Numbered from the stretch's first letter, positions 51,643 to 61,710 are shown. The stretch: 64,000 bases of DNA from Candidatus Latescibacterota bacterium (GCA_965215195.1 CBDCDC010000002.1:2528001-2592000); one strand, 5' to 3'. A program made the numbers and translations. The notes: generated by a model from the sequence alone, not told the origin.

Positions 51643-53310
51643 CTAGCGCACAAGGGCAATTTTGCCTAAGTGGCTGCGGTTAGGCAACCGCAGTTGGTAG
51701 AAGTATATCCCGTTGGCCACGGCCTGGCTCGGCGTCCAGCGCGGGGCGCGGCCCGGCTGGTCGTGGCTCCCTGGCCACAGATCCCAACGCTCGGCAAACA
51801 CCAACCGGCCCGCTACGTCAAAAACGCTCAACTCAACGTGGCCGTGCGCGGCTAGCTGCACCGGAAAATGCACTTCCCCGTCCCGCGCCGGGTTGGGAAA
51901 GGGTGCCAACAGACGATCTTCCCTCGGCAGCTCCTCGGAGAGACCACTGGCCGCCAGCGCGTTTATTTGTCCCCAGCCATACACGGTGTCGGGACCGGCG
52001 GCACCCAAGTCCAGCGCGGTCGAGCGCAAAGCCTCTAGCACTTGCGGCGGCTCCCATTCGGGATGGATTTGCAACAACAGGGCGCAAACCCCGCTCACCA
52101 AGGGCGTCGCAAAGGACGTGCCGCCGCGGCGCACATAGCCGCCGCCCCGCAGATCCGCGACCACCACGCCGCTGCCGGGCGCGACCACATCCGGTTTGAC
52201 GCGGCCATCGGCCGTCGGCCCCCGCGAGCTAAAGGAAGCAATCTGCGGTACGCGCTCGCCGCTGCCGGGCACATCTACCGCCCCCACCGCAATCGCGCCG
52301 TCGGCATCTGCCGGGACCGTTATGTAGTGCCAATCCTTGTTGGCCTCATTGCCCGCGGCCACCACCACCACGATGCCGCGCCGCACTGCCAGCGCCGCCG
52401 CTACGCTCGTCAGCGCGGTTTCCCCGTCCAGATCCGTCGGCGAGTATCCGCTGCCGTCGTCCCACCGATTGTAGCCCAGCGAACTGTTGACCACCTGTGC
52501 TCCTAAGCTGTCCGCCCATTCCAAACCGGCGATCCAGCGATCCTCCTCCGAGGGCAACTCGGGCAAGGTGTCGTCTAGTTCGGTCTTGGCCAAGATGTAC
52601 TCGGCGTCGGGTGCCACGCCGACAAAGTGATCGGGGTGGTAGCCTGCCAGCAGGGAAAGCACTTGCGCACCGTGCAAGTTTTGGCTGCCGCTCATTTCGT
52701 CGCCCGTGATGGGTTGATCGGCCTCGTCGCCTACTACTTCGTCGCCATTGACAAAGTCGCGCTGGGCAACCACGCGGATTGAGCCAAAGGCCGCGTGCTC
52801 GGCGTAGTGGAAGCCGTTGTCGAGCAAGGCCACGCGCACCCCAGCGCCCGTAAAACCCCGGTCGTGCAGGCGGGGAACGGCGATTTGGGCCAACGGCTCC
52901 AAGGCGAGACCATAATGGCTTTGCAGCAACTTAGGGCTAGCAAACAGCGCGGGCGGCGGTGGACTGGGCCGCTGCAAGTGCTGCACGGGCCGCGTTGCGA
53001 CGACAAAGTCCGCGGCCTGCACTCGGCGTTCCACCTCGGGCGAGGCCCGCGCACTGACCGCGTTGAGCCAACGCGAGGAGAAGCGCACGGCCGCCCCCAT
53101 CTCCCGCAGGCGCTCGATATAGCACTGGCTGACGGGCAGGTCTAGCTCTGCGTCCGCATGACCGGCCCCCAAATCCACCCAAGCGACGCGCTGCCCTTCG
53201 GCATCTGTTTTGTCGCGCAGCAGAATCCAGATATTCTGATCCGCCGCGACCGCCAAGGCGCCCGCGTGCATCAGCAGAGCCGCGCACCACCCCCACGCTC
53301 TCTTATTCAA
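51643..53310 (-). CDS. S8 family serine peptidase with C-terminal PNP/FlgD-like sorting domain
   Basis: Catalytic LLDNG, HGAQV and GTSFATP, oxyanion AAGNE, C-terminal PFPNP...FDVAGRLV...NGIYFY. TTG start near the lolA stop. Confidence 0.9.
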   Translation of the reverse strand: MNKRAWGWCAALLMHAGALAVAADQNIWILLRDKTDAEGQRVAWVDLGAGHADAELDLPVSQCYIERLREMGAAVRFSSRWLNAVSARASPEVERRVQAADFVVATRPVQHLQRPSPPPPALFASPKLLQSHYGLALEPLAQIAVPRLHDRGFTGAGVRVALLDNGFHYAEHAAFGSIRVVAQRDFVNGDEVVGDEADQPITGDEMSGSQNLHGAQVLSLLAGYHPDHFVGVAPDAEYILAKTELDDTLPELPSEEDRWIAGLEWADSLGAQVVNSSLGYNRWDDGSGYSPTDLDGETALTSVAAALAVRRGIVVVVAAGNEANKDWHYITVPADADGAIAVGAVDVPGSGERVPQIASFSSRGPTADGRVKPDVVAPGSGVVVADLRGGGYVRRGGTSFATPLVSGVCALLLQIHPEWEPPQVLEALRSTALDLGAAGPDTVYGWGQINALAASGLSEELPREDRLLAPFPNPARDGEVHFPVQLAAHGHVELSVFDVAGRLVFAERWDLWPGSHDQPGRAPRWTPSQAVANGIYFYQLRLPNRSHLGKIALVR

Positions 53311-53941
53311 CGGGGGGTTCCCTCGTGTCCAGCACCTCCACCCCTTCGGGCACCTGAAAAGAAAAGACCTCGTCGGCGATCCTCTTGTTGGTGCGGTGAT
53401 CCCTGAGCACGTACGCGGTGCGGTTGCCATTGGCCTCGCGCTGCTCCACTTGCAACAGAAACCACTTCCTAGGATCCACCCAGACCCGCATCTGTTCAAC
53501 CACCGAGGCTTCGTTTTCCGGTGCCATGATCAGCAAATAGCAGGGCCGCCCTCCCAACGCGCTTTCCTCCACCGCAATGGGCACGTAGCGCTCGGTATAG
53601 TCGAAAAACACTTCCCAAGGGGTCTTTATTTGCTCCTCGTATGGGCTGACTACCACTTGACCGTTGTGCACGACATACGACCAGACGGCCTTGCCATCGG
53701 CCACCACCACATCGCCGCCTTCTAGCTCAATGCGAAAGCGGTTCGGACGGCGCAAATAGATCCGGCCCTCGCGGCTGCGGTACTTGTCCAGCACCGCCCA
53801 GTAGAATTGCTTTTCAAAGCGGGCTGAAAACGTCTTATAGCTAGACAGACGCTTCTGCACCCTCGCGATGATTTCTTCGCCACTCTGTCCGAAGGCCGCG
53901 CTGGCCGCCAAGCCCAAACAAAAAACCAACGACAGTCTCAT
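53303..53941 (-). CDS. lolA: Outer membrane lipoprotein carrier protein LolA
   Basis: Signal peptide, SARFEKQ, G.IYLRRPNRFR, VADGKAVWSY and FSFQVPEGVEV; follows ftsK. Confidence 0.88.
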   Translation of the reverse strand: MRLSLVFCLGLAASAAFGQSGEEIIARVQKRLSSYKTFSARFEKQFYWAVLDKYRSREGRIYLRRPNRFRIELEGGDVVVADGKAVWSYVVHNGQVVVSPYEEQIKTPWEVFFDYTERYVPIAVEESALGGRPCYLLIMAPENEASVVEQMRVWVDPRKWFLLQVEQREANGNRTAYVLRDHRTNKRIADEVFSFQVPEGVEVLDTREPPVE

Positions 53942-56235
53942 TCTTCCGCGTACTCCTCTTCCGCGCTTTCGATCAGAATCTGGCGCGGCTTAGCCCCCTC
54001 GATCGGCCCGACGATACCGGCGGCCTCCAACTCGTCCATCAGGCGCGCGGCCCGGGCATAACCCACTTTCAAGCGCCGCTGCAAAAACGACGTGGAGGCC
54101 TGCTGGTGTTCGCTAACTAAGCGCACGGCCTCGTCAAAAAGGTCGTCGCGCATATTGGAAGCTGCGTTAATATCCACCTGCTCGGAAAACACCGCAACTT
54201 CCTCGGCCTCGTACTGGCTCTCCTTCAATGCCTCGACCAAGCGCTCGGTTTCCTCGCCAGAAATAAAGGCCCCGTGGACGCGGATTGGCTCGCCTTGGCC
54301 ACTCGGCAGAAAGAGCATATCGCCCATCCCCAAAAGCCGCTCGGCCCCGTTGAGATCGAGGATCGTGCGCGAGTCCGTCTTTGACGCGACTTGGAAGGCA
54401 ATGCGCGAAGGGAAGTTGGCTTTGATTACCCCGGTAATCACGTTCACCGAAGGCCGCTGGGTCGCCAAGATGATGTGAATGCCCACTGCGCGCGACTTCT
54501 GCGCCAAACCCATCAGCGAGGTCTCCACATCCGCGGAGGCCGTCAGCATCAAATCGGCGAATTCATCGATTACTATCACGATGTACGCCAGCGGCTTCTC
54601 AGACTCGACGCCATCTTCCTCGGCCTCGGCTTGGACGCGCACCAGCTTGGCGTTGTAGTCGGCCAGATTGCGCACCCCCAGCTTGGCCAGCTTCTGATAG
54701 CGCACTTCCATTTCGGCCACGGCCCACTTCAAGGCCGCCGAGGCCTTCTTAGGCTCGGTGATAACCGGCACCAGCAAGTGCGGTATATCGTTGTACATCA
54801 TCAATTCGACGACCTTGGGATCAACCATGATAAAGCGCACTTCATCCGGCGTGGCCTTGAAGAGGATGCTGCAAATCAGGCTGTTCAGGCACACGCTCTT
54901 GCCGGCCCCGGTGGCACCGGCGACCAATAGATGGGGCATTTTGGCCAAATCCGCGGCACACGGCTCGCCCGAAATAGTCTTGCCCAGCGCCATGACCAGC
55001 TTGGAATCCGACCGGCTGAACACCTCGTCTTCGACGATCTCGCGCAAGTACACGGTCTCCCGCTCCTGATTGGCAATCTCCACCCCCACCACGGATTTCC
55101 CCGGCACCGGTGCTTGAATGCGAATGCCCTTCGCGCTCATCACACGCGCGAGATCGTCCGAGAGCGCGGCGATGCGATTGACCTTGACCCCTAAAGCTGG
55201 CTCCACCTCATAGCGCGTCACTACCGGCCCGGGACTCACCTCTACAACCTTGCTGGCTACGTCGAAATTGTCCAAAGCACCCTCCAGCAGCTTGGCGTTT
55301 TCCAGCAAGGTCTCCCTAGAAACGCCGCTGCGATTGGCCGGCACTTCGTCTAGCAACGCGGTGTTCGGGAGCTCGTAGCGACCCCCGGCAGGCTTGCGGG
55401 CTGGCACTGCCTTCTCTTTTTTGCGAACCGGCGTTGCCGTGTCTTCAACCGCCGGTTCCTTCTTCTCTTTTCGCTTTCGCCGCTCAACGCGCGCTGGCTC
55501 CTGTACTCGAGGCTCCATCGCGACCGCATCTTCAGCCATTGGCTTCCAAGGTCCCTTAGCTACATCCTCAACCCGAGGCTCCGCGCCGATCTCGGGCCAC
55601 GCAGCTCCCATGTCCCCCTCCCGCTTGGCAGATTTGCTCTTGGGCACAGCAAGGCGGGGCAGCCGCAAACGCCCGAGCCACCGCCAAACCACTGCCCCAA
55701 CGGATCCCACTCGTGCCCATAGCCGCCAGTTCAGGTCGGGGGTCAAAATCACCGCAATCACAAAGAGCGCGCCCAGCAAAACCGCCGACCCCATCCTCCC
55801 TAGGTACGGTATAAGGAAGTCCAAGCTGAGCTGGGTTCCCAGCACACCACCCAGCGCGTAGGCCGTTTGCGGCGAATAGTCGGGCAAGCCCGTAGCGACG
55901 CTGATGAGGACGGCCATGAGCAAAATCGCCACACTGCGGTACACAGCAAGGGCCAATGGCTGACAACGCACCCTATTCCAACCCCAGAGCAACAAGAGCA
56001 TGGGCCAGACATACGCGGCCAACCCCATACCCGCAAAAGCCCCATACGACGCGTACGCGCCGATCCATCCCCCCCAATTCAAACTCTCAGCCATCGACCG
56101 GCTCGAATTGGGGGGGTCAAGCGGCGAATGGGACATCAAGCAGACGAGCAAAAACGCGCCGAGGCCGAGGAAGAGCACCCCTAGCGCTTGGGGCCTCTTC
56201 TTGCCTTTTGGCATATGGTGCAAAAACTCGGACAT
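53938..56235 (-). CDS. ftsK: DNA translocase FtsK
   Basis: Four-TM N-terminus, GPVVTRYE, MPHLLVAGATGAGKS, DEFADLM, ATQRPSV and gamma domain LQRRLKVGYARAAR. Start is 56235 or 56214. Confidence 0.96.
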   Translation of the reverse strand: MSEFLHHMPKGKKRPQALGVLFLGLGAFLLVCLMSHSPLDPPNSSRSMAESLNWGGWIGAYASYGAFAGMGLAAYVWPMLLLLWGWNRVRCQPLALAVYRSVAILLMAVLISVATGLPDYSPQTAYALGGVLGTQLSLDFLIPYLGRMGSAVLLGALFVIAVILTPDLNWRLWARVGSVGAVVWRWLGRLRLPRLAVPKSKSAKREGDMGAAWPEIGAEPRVEDVAKGPWKPMAEDAVAMEPRVQEPARVERRKRKEKKEPAVEDTATPVRKKEKAVPARKPAGGRYELPNTALLDEVPANRSGVSRETLLENAKLLEGALDNFDVASKVVEVSPGPVVTRYEVEPALGVKVNRIAALSDDLARVMSAKGIRIQAPVPGKSVVGVEIANQERETVYLREIVEDEVFSRSDSKLVMALGKTISGEPCAADLAKMPHLLVAGATGAGKSVCLNSLICSILFKATPDEVRFIMVDPKVVELMMYNDIPHLLVPVITEPKKASAALKWAVAEMEVRYQKLAKLGVRNLADYNAKLVRVQAEAEEDGVESEKPLAYIVIVIDEFADLMLTASADVETSLMGLAQKSRAVGIHIILATQRPSVNVITGVIKANFPSRIAFQVASKTDSRTILDLNGAERLLGMGDMLFLPSGQGEPIRVHGAFISGEETERLVEALKESQYEAEEVAVFSEQVDINAASNMRDDLFDEAVRLVSEHQQASTSFLQRRLKVGYARAARLMDELEAAGIVGPIEGAKPRQILIESAEEEYAEE

Positions 56236-56337
56236 AGAGCCGCAGACTCCGCTAATACATGGATTGGGAAGCAATCAAATTGGAGAGGGGGTCCCAAAAA
56301 ATAAACAAAAACGCAGCTTTTTGCACCTTGCGGCGCG

Positions 56338-58479
56338 TCAGATCATGCCGCTGCGCTTGCGCCCAAGCCACTCGATGGCCAGCAGGGCAATAGCCAAAAG
56401 CGCGGGCCACAGCGGCCCCCACAGCGGCAGAACCTCGGCCTTCTCGACCCAGCGCTTGCGCGGCGCGAGTTGTTCCAGCATATCCTCCCAGTCGGCGAGC
56501 GGATAGGCGCGGCCACCACTGGCGCGGGCCAGCTCGCCCAAGAGCAATGGATCGGCGCGCAAATCCCCAAGCTCAATGCTGTACTCTTCAACGACAAAGC
56601 GGCCTGTAACCGTGCCCACTGCGGCCTGGTCAACTGAGGCACGGACCTCGTATTCATAGGTGCTGGGGACCAGCCCACTAGCGACGCCTCGGTAGTGCCC
56701 GGCTCCTTGTGATTGCAGATAGAATGCTTCTCGCCCGGCCAGCGCGACCCGCACCGTCGCCCCCGGCTGCGGCTTCAGCAGCTCGTCGAAAACCTGCACT
56801 GCGAAAACCACTTCCTCTCCCGCCCGGTACACGGGTCGCTCGGTCGAGGCGCGGACCCGCCCGCCCGGGGCGTCAAGCGCGAGCCACTTGGCGGCGTCGC
56901 GCCAGAACGTCCGAATGGTCTGCGGCCGACCATCGACCCCGCTGCTCATTAGATCGAGCCGCCAAAAAGACGCGGACAGGGCCGCGATGACCTTGCCCTC
57001 GCCATACGCGCCCGCAGCTATAACTGGCTCGCCGCCTATGCTCTCGACCAGCACGGTAGTACCCGGCCGCTGCTGCGCCGTGCGAAAGTAGCCCGGCAGC
57101 GGCGGCAACCGGGACCATGGATCGCCCGCGCCCTCGGGCTGGCGCACGACCGGATGGTGCCGGCCGGCGGCGCTGAGCCGCAACAAGATCTCGCCCGGTA
57201 CAAAGGGCGCTGGGCCAGCTACCTGAAGCGGCATGAGTGCGGCCAGCGGCGAGTCGGACCGCCAAGCCCGCGCCATCTTGGGACCACCGACAAGGAGCAA
57301 ACCGGCACCGGCGTACACGTGTTGGACCAGCGCAGCGGCGGGCGGGGCGTTGAGCAGCCACGTGCCTGGATTAACTAGCAGCACTACGTCCCGGTCCTGC
57401 AAAACAGCCGGACTCCACCCTCCTCCGTAGAACGCGTCCGGCTCCCGCTGAATCATGGTCTCGACAACCCAACTCGAATCCGCGCTTAAACTGCGGCGTA
57501 AAAAGGCTAGATCCTCGCTGGGGCCTCCGGCTAGCAACAGGACCCGCGTATGCCCTGCGAGAATGTGGGTAAACGCGAGGGCTTCGTTGTCAGCCGTTGA
57601 AAACTCCCCGGCCACGGGTGCGACGACCACGCGAAAAATGTGCGGGCCAGCCTGCTGGGGCGTCACCGCAAACGAGACGCGCTGCACCTGCCCGTCGCCC
57701 TCCAACAGCAGGGATTGTTTCTGGAGCGACCGCTCGCCTTCGTAGAGTTGGAGTTCTACGCGCTGCCCTTCGTACCCCCAGCTCCGCACCTTGGCGTCGA
57801 TTTGCTGGCTCTGGCCGACGTATCCGGTCTCAGGCGTACGCACATCCACGAGCTGGACATCGACGGGGACCTCCGCGCCCCCTACGCCGATCGCGTACAC
57901 GGGCACACCCAGTTCCGCGCTCACTTGTACCGGGGCGCGGCCCAAGTTGTGGCCCCCGTCGGAAAATAGGACCACGCCTTGTACGTGCTCTCGCTCGGCG
58001 ACCGCTTCCAAGCTGGCGGCGAGGGCGCGGCCTATATCGGTTGCCTGACCGCGAGTGCTTGCGGCCGCGACCGTATCGAGAGCGAGTGGATACGCAGACT
58101 CGGCAAATCCCCAAGCGCGGACTTCGGCCTGCTGCAAGCGCGCCGACCAACCTTCGTCGCCCAGCACGGCCGCGGCCTGTTGCAGGCGCGTGACAGGCCC
58201 TTCGGCCACCCTCATGCTCGGGCTCATATCGACCAATACCAGCACCAGTGGCCGGATGACCCGCTGGTGCCACCACGTCAAAACCGGCTCGCATAACACC
58301 AGGGCCAGCAAGGCCACGGCCGCGCCGCGCAACACCACGAGCACCATGCGGCGCTTGGGATCAACATCCGGGTACGTCCGCTGATATACCCAATAAACGA
58401 ATGCTAGTAGGAAGGGGAGCAGGACGAGGAATACACGGGGTCCCGCTAGCTGGAGATGGCTATCCGACCACTCAGACAC
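56338..58479 (-). CDS. Membrane-anchored VWA-domain protein with Ig-like and glutamine-amidotransferase-like regions
   Basis: Two N-terminal TM helices, MIDAS DMSPS...TD...SDG and C-terminal TM ending EWLGRKRSG. Confidence 0.8.
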   Translation of the reverse strand: MSEWSDSHLQLAGPRVFLVLLPFLLAFVYWVYQRTYPDVDPKRRMVLVVLRGAAVALLALVLCEPVLTWWHQRVIRPLVLVLVDMSPSMRVAEGPVTRLQQAAAVLGDEGWSARLQQAEVRAWGFAESAYPLALDTVAAASTRGQATDIGRALAASLEAVAEREHVQGVVLFSDGGHNLGRAPVQVSAELGVPVYAIGVGGAEVPVDVQLVDVRTPETGYVGQSQQIDAKVRSWGYEGQRVELQLYEGERSLQKQSLLLEGDGQVQRVSFAVTPQQAGPHIFRVVVAPVAGEFSTADNEALAFTHILAGHTRVLLLAGGPSEDLAFLRRSLSADSSWVVETMIQREPDAFYGGGWSPAVLQDRDVVLLVNPGTWLLNAPPAAALVQHVYAGAGLLLVGGPKMARAWRSDSPLAALMPLQVAGPAPFVPGEILLRLSAAGRHHPVVRQPEGAGDPWSRLPPLPGYFRTAQQRPGTTVLVESIGGEPVIAAGAYGEGKVIAALSASFWRLDLMSSGVDGRPQTIRTFWRDAAKWLALDAPGGRVRASTERPVYRAGEEVVFAVQVFDELLKPQPGATVRVALAGREAFYLQSQGAGHYRGVASGLVPSTYEYEVRASVDQAAVGTVTGRFVVEEYSIELGDLRADPLLLGELARASGGRAYPLADWEDMLEQLAPRKRWVEKAEVLPLWGPLWPALLAIALLAIEWLGRKRSGMI

Positions 58480-59482
58480 GCCAGCTCAGGCGGGGGGCGG
58501 CGTCCACATCAAGGCTGTCGCAGACGCCGCGGCTGAGGTAGAAGGCCCCAACAGCCCCCACCATGGCGGCATTATCCGTACACAAATCGTACGCCGGACA
58601 GTGGAACGACAGGCCGCGGCGCTCAACTGCGGCGCGCAGGCACTGGCGCAAACGCTGGTTGGCGGCAACGCCGCCCGCGAGGCAAACGGTCGCAACGTCT
58701 GCTCGATCCAAGGCCAACAGGGTTTTGGCAACTAAGGCATCCACCACGGCTTCTTGGAAGCTAGCGGCAATATGGGCGAGTTGCTGCGTACGCGCTTGCG
58801 GGGGAAGCGAGCGCACGTAGTGTAACACCGCGGTTTTTAGGCCGCTGAAGCTGAAGTCCATCTCGTCCACGAGGGCGCGGGGGAAGTCAATGGCCTCGGG
58901 ATCGCCATTCGCGGCCAACTCGGCGATGAGCCGGCCGCCGGCCACGGCTCCTTCCCCAGGCAGGAGCCCCAGCAGCTTGGCGACCTTGTCAAATGCCTCG
59001 CCGGCTGCGTCGTCGCGCGTGCGGCCCAGCACTTCGTATGAGCCGAGGGCGCACACCAAGACCAACTCGGTGTGCCCGCCCGACACCAGCAGCGTCAGGA
59101 AGGGGCTCTCGACCTGTGCGGCGACCAAGTTGGAAAACACGTGGGCCTCTAGGTGGTGGACGCCTACCAGCGGCTTGTTGCGCGCCAACGCCAACCCCTT
59201 GGCCAGCGACAGCCCCACGATCAACGACCCAACCAAGCCCGGCCCCCGCGTCGCCGCCACCCCATCCACTTCTTCCCAACCAATGCCCGCGCTCGCCAAG
59301 GCCTGCCGAACGACCGGCACCAACGCACGCATATGGGCGCGCGAGGCCAACTCGGGCACCACGCCCCCGTAGGGCGCGTGATCTTGTTGCGAGAAGATGA
59401 TATTGGAATGCACGGCGTACGACTCATCGACGACCGCCGCGGCCGTCTCATCGCAGGAGGTCTCCAGCCCCAGCACCAACAT
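58472..59482 (-). CDS. tsaD: tRNA N6-adenosine threonylcarbamoyltransferase
   Basis: GLETSCDETA, GGVVPELASRAH, HHLEAH, VSGGHT, FSFSGLKT and TDNAAM. Confidence 0.97.
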   Translation of the reverse strand: MLVLGLETSCDETAAAVVDESYAVHSNIIFSQQDHAPYGGVVPELASRAHMRALVPVVRQALASAGIGWEEVDGVAATRGPGLVGSLIVGLSLAKGLALARNKPLVGVHHLEAHVFSNLVAAQVESPFLTLLVSGGHTELVLVCALGSYEVLGRTRDDAAGEAFDKVAKLLGLLPGEGAVAGGRLIAELAANGDPEAIDFPRALVDEMDFSFSGLKTAVLHYVRSLPPQARTQQLAHIAASFQEAVVDALVAKTLLALDRADVATVCLAGGVAANQRLRQCLRAAVERRGLSFHCPAYDLCTDNAAMVGAVGAFYLSRGVCDSLDVDAAPRLSWRV

Positions 59483-59483
59483 T

Positions 59484-60413
59484 CTAATAGCTCACCAAAT
59501 CGACGTATGCCGGCGCGATCTGGCGCACCTCAAAAATCGGCGTCTCTGCGCTGCGCACCGGCAGCGTACGCCCCTGATATTCGGCGTAATCCACGTACAG
59601 CTCTATGTCGCGGGCTGGATCAAGTTGGGCGATCACGCCGATCCCGCCGCGCACCTTGACTTGGGCGGTGGCCGGCTCGGGCCGCAGGCGCACCTCGCCG
59701 GCATGGCGCACGGCAATCGGCACCCCGATTAAATCGTCCTCGGCCAACATCTGCACGGCGGTGCGCACACGCACTGCCTCGGGCACGAACGCGAGTTGCG
59801 TGTGCTCGGGATGCCGCAAGAACTGCTCTACGTCCACGTCTTCCGCGACATCCCGCAAGACCAGCGAATCCGTCTCCACATAACGCAATGCGGCGACTTG
59901 CTGCTGAGGACCGATCACCCGGACGCGCACGGGATCGGCTTGCACCGGCGTCACCTGTACGTGGGCAGCAGCCACTTCTATACTCGCTTGCACCCGCACC
60001 GGCACGTCCCGTTCCATTCTCGGCGCTAGGGCGATTGCAATTTCTTTTGGTTCGAGGATTTCCTTGACTTCGACATCCAAGTCGGTCGCCCGTTTGGTGA
60101 TTTGGGAAGGGGTCAAGCGGTGAATCCGGCCCTCGCCTTCGGCTCGCAGCCTCAGGACAAAGGAATCGTCATCCAAGTCAAACAGCAAATCCTTGCCCCC
60201 TCCTGTGACCAAGACGCGGACCGTGGAAGGCACTTCACTGGCCAGCACCATATCCCCTTCCACGCCCTCGCCCGGCGGCGGGACTTCGATCCAGAGGCGC
60301 ACTGCAATTTCTTTATCGTAGTACTTCTCTGTAACCGCGTGAAGCCACAGCGCAAAAGATAGGACCAGTGCGCCAGCCCTGATTCCCCAACTGCTTATAC
60401 TGATGTTGGCCAA
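59484..60413 (-). CDS. YbbR/CdaR-like domain protein
   Basis: N-terminal TM (ALVLSFALWLHA) followed by about three beta-rich repeats (P..V.V.V.G). TTG start at 60413 or 60416. Confidence 0.7.
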   Translation of the reverse strand: MANISISSWGIRAGALVLSFALWLHAVTEKYYDKEIAVRLWIEVPPPGEGVEGDMVLASEVPSTVRVLVTGGGKDLLFDLDDDSFVLRLRAEGEGRIHRLTPSQITKRATDLDVEVKEILEPKEIAIALAPRMERDVPVRVQASIEVAAAHVQVTPVQADPVRVRVIGPQQQVAALRYVETDSLVLRDVAEDVDVEQFLRHPEHTQLAFVPEAVRVRTAVQMLAEDDLIGVPIAVRHAGEVRLRPEPATAQVKVRGGIGVIAQLDPARDIELYVDYAEYQGRTLPVRSAETPIFEVRQIAPAYVDLVSY

Positions 60414-60424
60414 CAATGGACCCC

Positions 60425-60461
60425 ATAAGAAGAAGAGGCTCCGCAAAAGGGGGCCTCTTCT
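60425..60461 (-). terminator. Terminator after the small Zn-ribbon gene
   Basis: Stem AGAAGAGGCCCC / GGAGCCTCTTCT (one mismatch) followed by UCUUAU on the minus strand. Confidence 0.65.
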
Positions 60462-60501
60462 CGTGATCTACTACTTTTACCGCGTGGCGAAGACGGGACC
60501 G

Positions 60502-60696
60502 CTACTTAAACGACCTCTTGAGTTCCTCGCCAATACTCAACTCGCCGTTGTCTATTCTTATGTGGTATCCGCAACTTGGATTCGTGCAGGCCCATGCCTT
60601 GTAGTGAATGGCCGCGCCGTCTCTTCCATAGTCGGAAAGCGGGATTAAAACGCCTTCCTTGCACTTCAAGCACGCAGGAAAATCAAACTTTTCCAT
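60502..60696 (-). CDS. 64-aa conserved hypothetical zinc-ribbon protein
   Basis: CLKC...CTNPSC cysteine pairs, LIPLSDYG...YKAW and a GAGGG RBS; has its own promoter and terminator. Confidence 0.8.
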   Translation of the reverse strand: MEKFDFPACLKCKEGVLIPLSDYGRDGAAIHYKAWACTNPSCGYHIRIDNGELSIGEELKRSFK

Positions 60697-60756
60697 CCGA
60701 CCCTCTCTTCCGGTTTTAGCGTACGGCCACTAGTACTAGGGGCCACGCTTCTGTTC

Positions 60757-60785
60757 AATGTACTCGTGCCGCCCTACTATGTCAA
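60757..60785 (-). promoter_or_regulatory. Near-consensus sigma70 promoter for the Zn-ribbon gene
   Basis: TTGACA (60780-60785), 17-nt spacer, TACATT (60757-60762). Confidence 0.7.
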
Positions 60786-60800
60786 TTACAACGGGGGGAC

Positions 60801-61268
60801 TCACATTTGTCCAAGATGCGCGGCATATTCATATACGGCCCGCTCTTGGGCGGCCGTCTCCACCGAGCCGGGGCGCAGGTTCCGAACCTGCGTCAGGGCG
60901 TCCGCCGCGCTGCTGCCCATCCTCACCAAATAACTCGCCAACATCGTGCCCGTGCGCCCCAACCCCGCGCTGCAATGGACCATCACGGGCTGTCCTTGCT
61001 CAACCGCCTCGTCTACGAATTGGACAAACGCCCGTATATCCCCGAGCGAAGGCGGCTGCATATCCTGTATGGGCAGGTGCAAATACGCCATATCTCGCGC
61101 CTCCACCTCGCACACCTGCAGGGGATTCGCGGTCAGCGACACAATCGCCTTTATGCCCCGCGCCGCTAGCAAATCGAGATCGTCCTCTAGCCACTCCTCC
61201 TCCCAACCACCAATCTGTCCAGCACCCGCCAACCGACCCTCTAACAGCCAACCAAAATTGAACACCAT
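60801..61268 (-). CDS. Dual-specificity / protein-tyrosine phosphatase (CX5R)
   Basis: FNFGWL, LPIQDMQPP and VHCSAGLGRTG. ATG at 61268. Confidence 0.9.
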   Translation of the reverse strand: MVFNFGWLLEGRLAGAGQIGGWEEEWLEDDLDLLAARGIKAIVSLTANPLQVCEVEARDMAYLHLPIQDMQPPSLGDIRAFVQFVDEAVEQGQPVMVHCSAGLGRTGTMLASYLVRMGSSAADALTQVRNLRPGSVETAAQERAVYEYAAHLGQM

Positions 61269-61269
61269 A

Positions 61270-61710
61270 CTAGCTGCCCTCGTAGGCTGCCTGCGGCCCT
61301 TCAACCCAGCTTTCACCCCCGATCCCCACTTCCTTTTTCCATATCGGCACGATCTGCTTGAGCCGATCAATGGCGTACTGACACGCGGCCAGCGCCTCGG
61401 CCCGATGGGGGCTGGCGACGGCAATTAACACGCTAATTTCCCCGATTTTGAGCTTCCCCACCCGGTGAATCATCCCGACGTCCACGACGCCCCACCGTGC
61501 CTTCATCTCGTCGCCAATTTCCGCCATCTTCTTCTCGGCCATAGCCGGATAGGCTTCGTACAACAAGTAATCGGTTTGCTTGTCCCCGGAGTGATTGCGC
61601 ACCACCCCGGCAAACGTGGCCACTGCGCCATTTTCATCGCGTACCACCCCGGCAAACAAATCGCTGGGTTTAATTGGGTCTTCAGTAATTTTGAACACGT
61701 TAGCCCCCAC
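61270..61710 (-). CDS. moaE: Molybdopterin synthase catalytic subunit
   Basis: GAVATFAGVVR, YEAYPAMA, HRVG, SPHR and PIWKKE. Confidence 0.95.
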   Translation of the reverse strand: MGANVFKITEDPIKPSDLFAGVVRDENGAVATFAGVVRNHSGDKQTDYLLYEAYPAMAEKKMAEIGDEMKARWGVVDVGMIHRVGKLKIGEISVLIAVASPHRAEALAACQYAIDRLKQIVPIWKKEVGIGGESWVEGPQAAYEGS

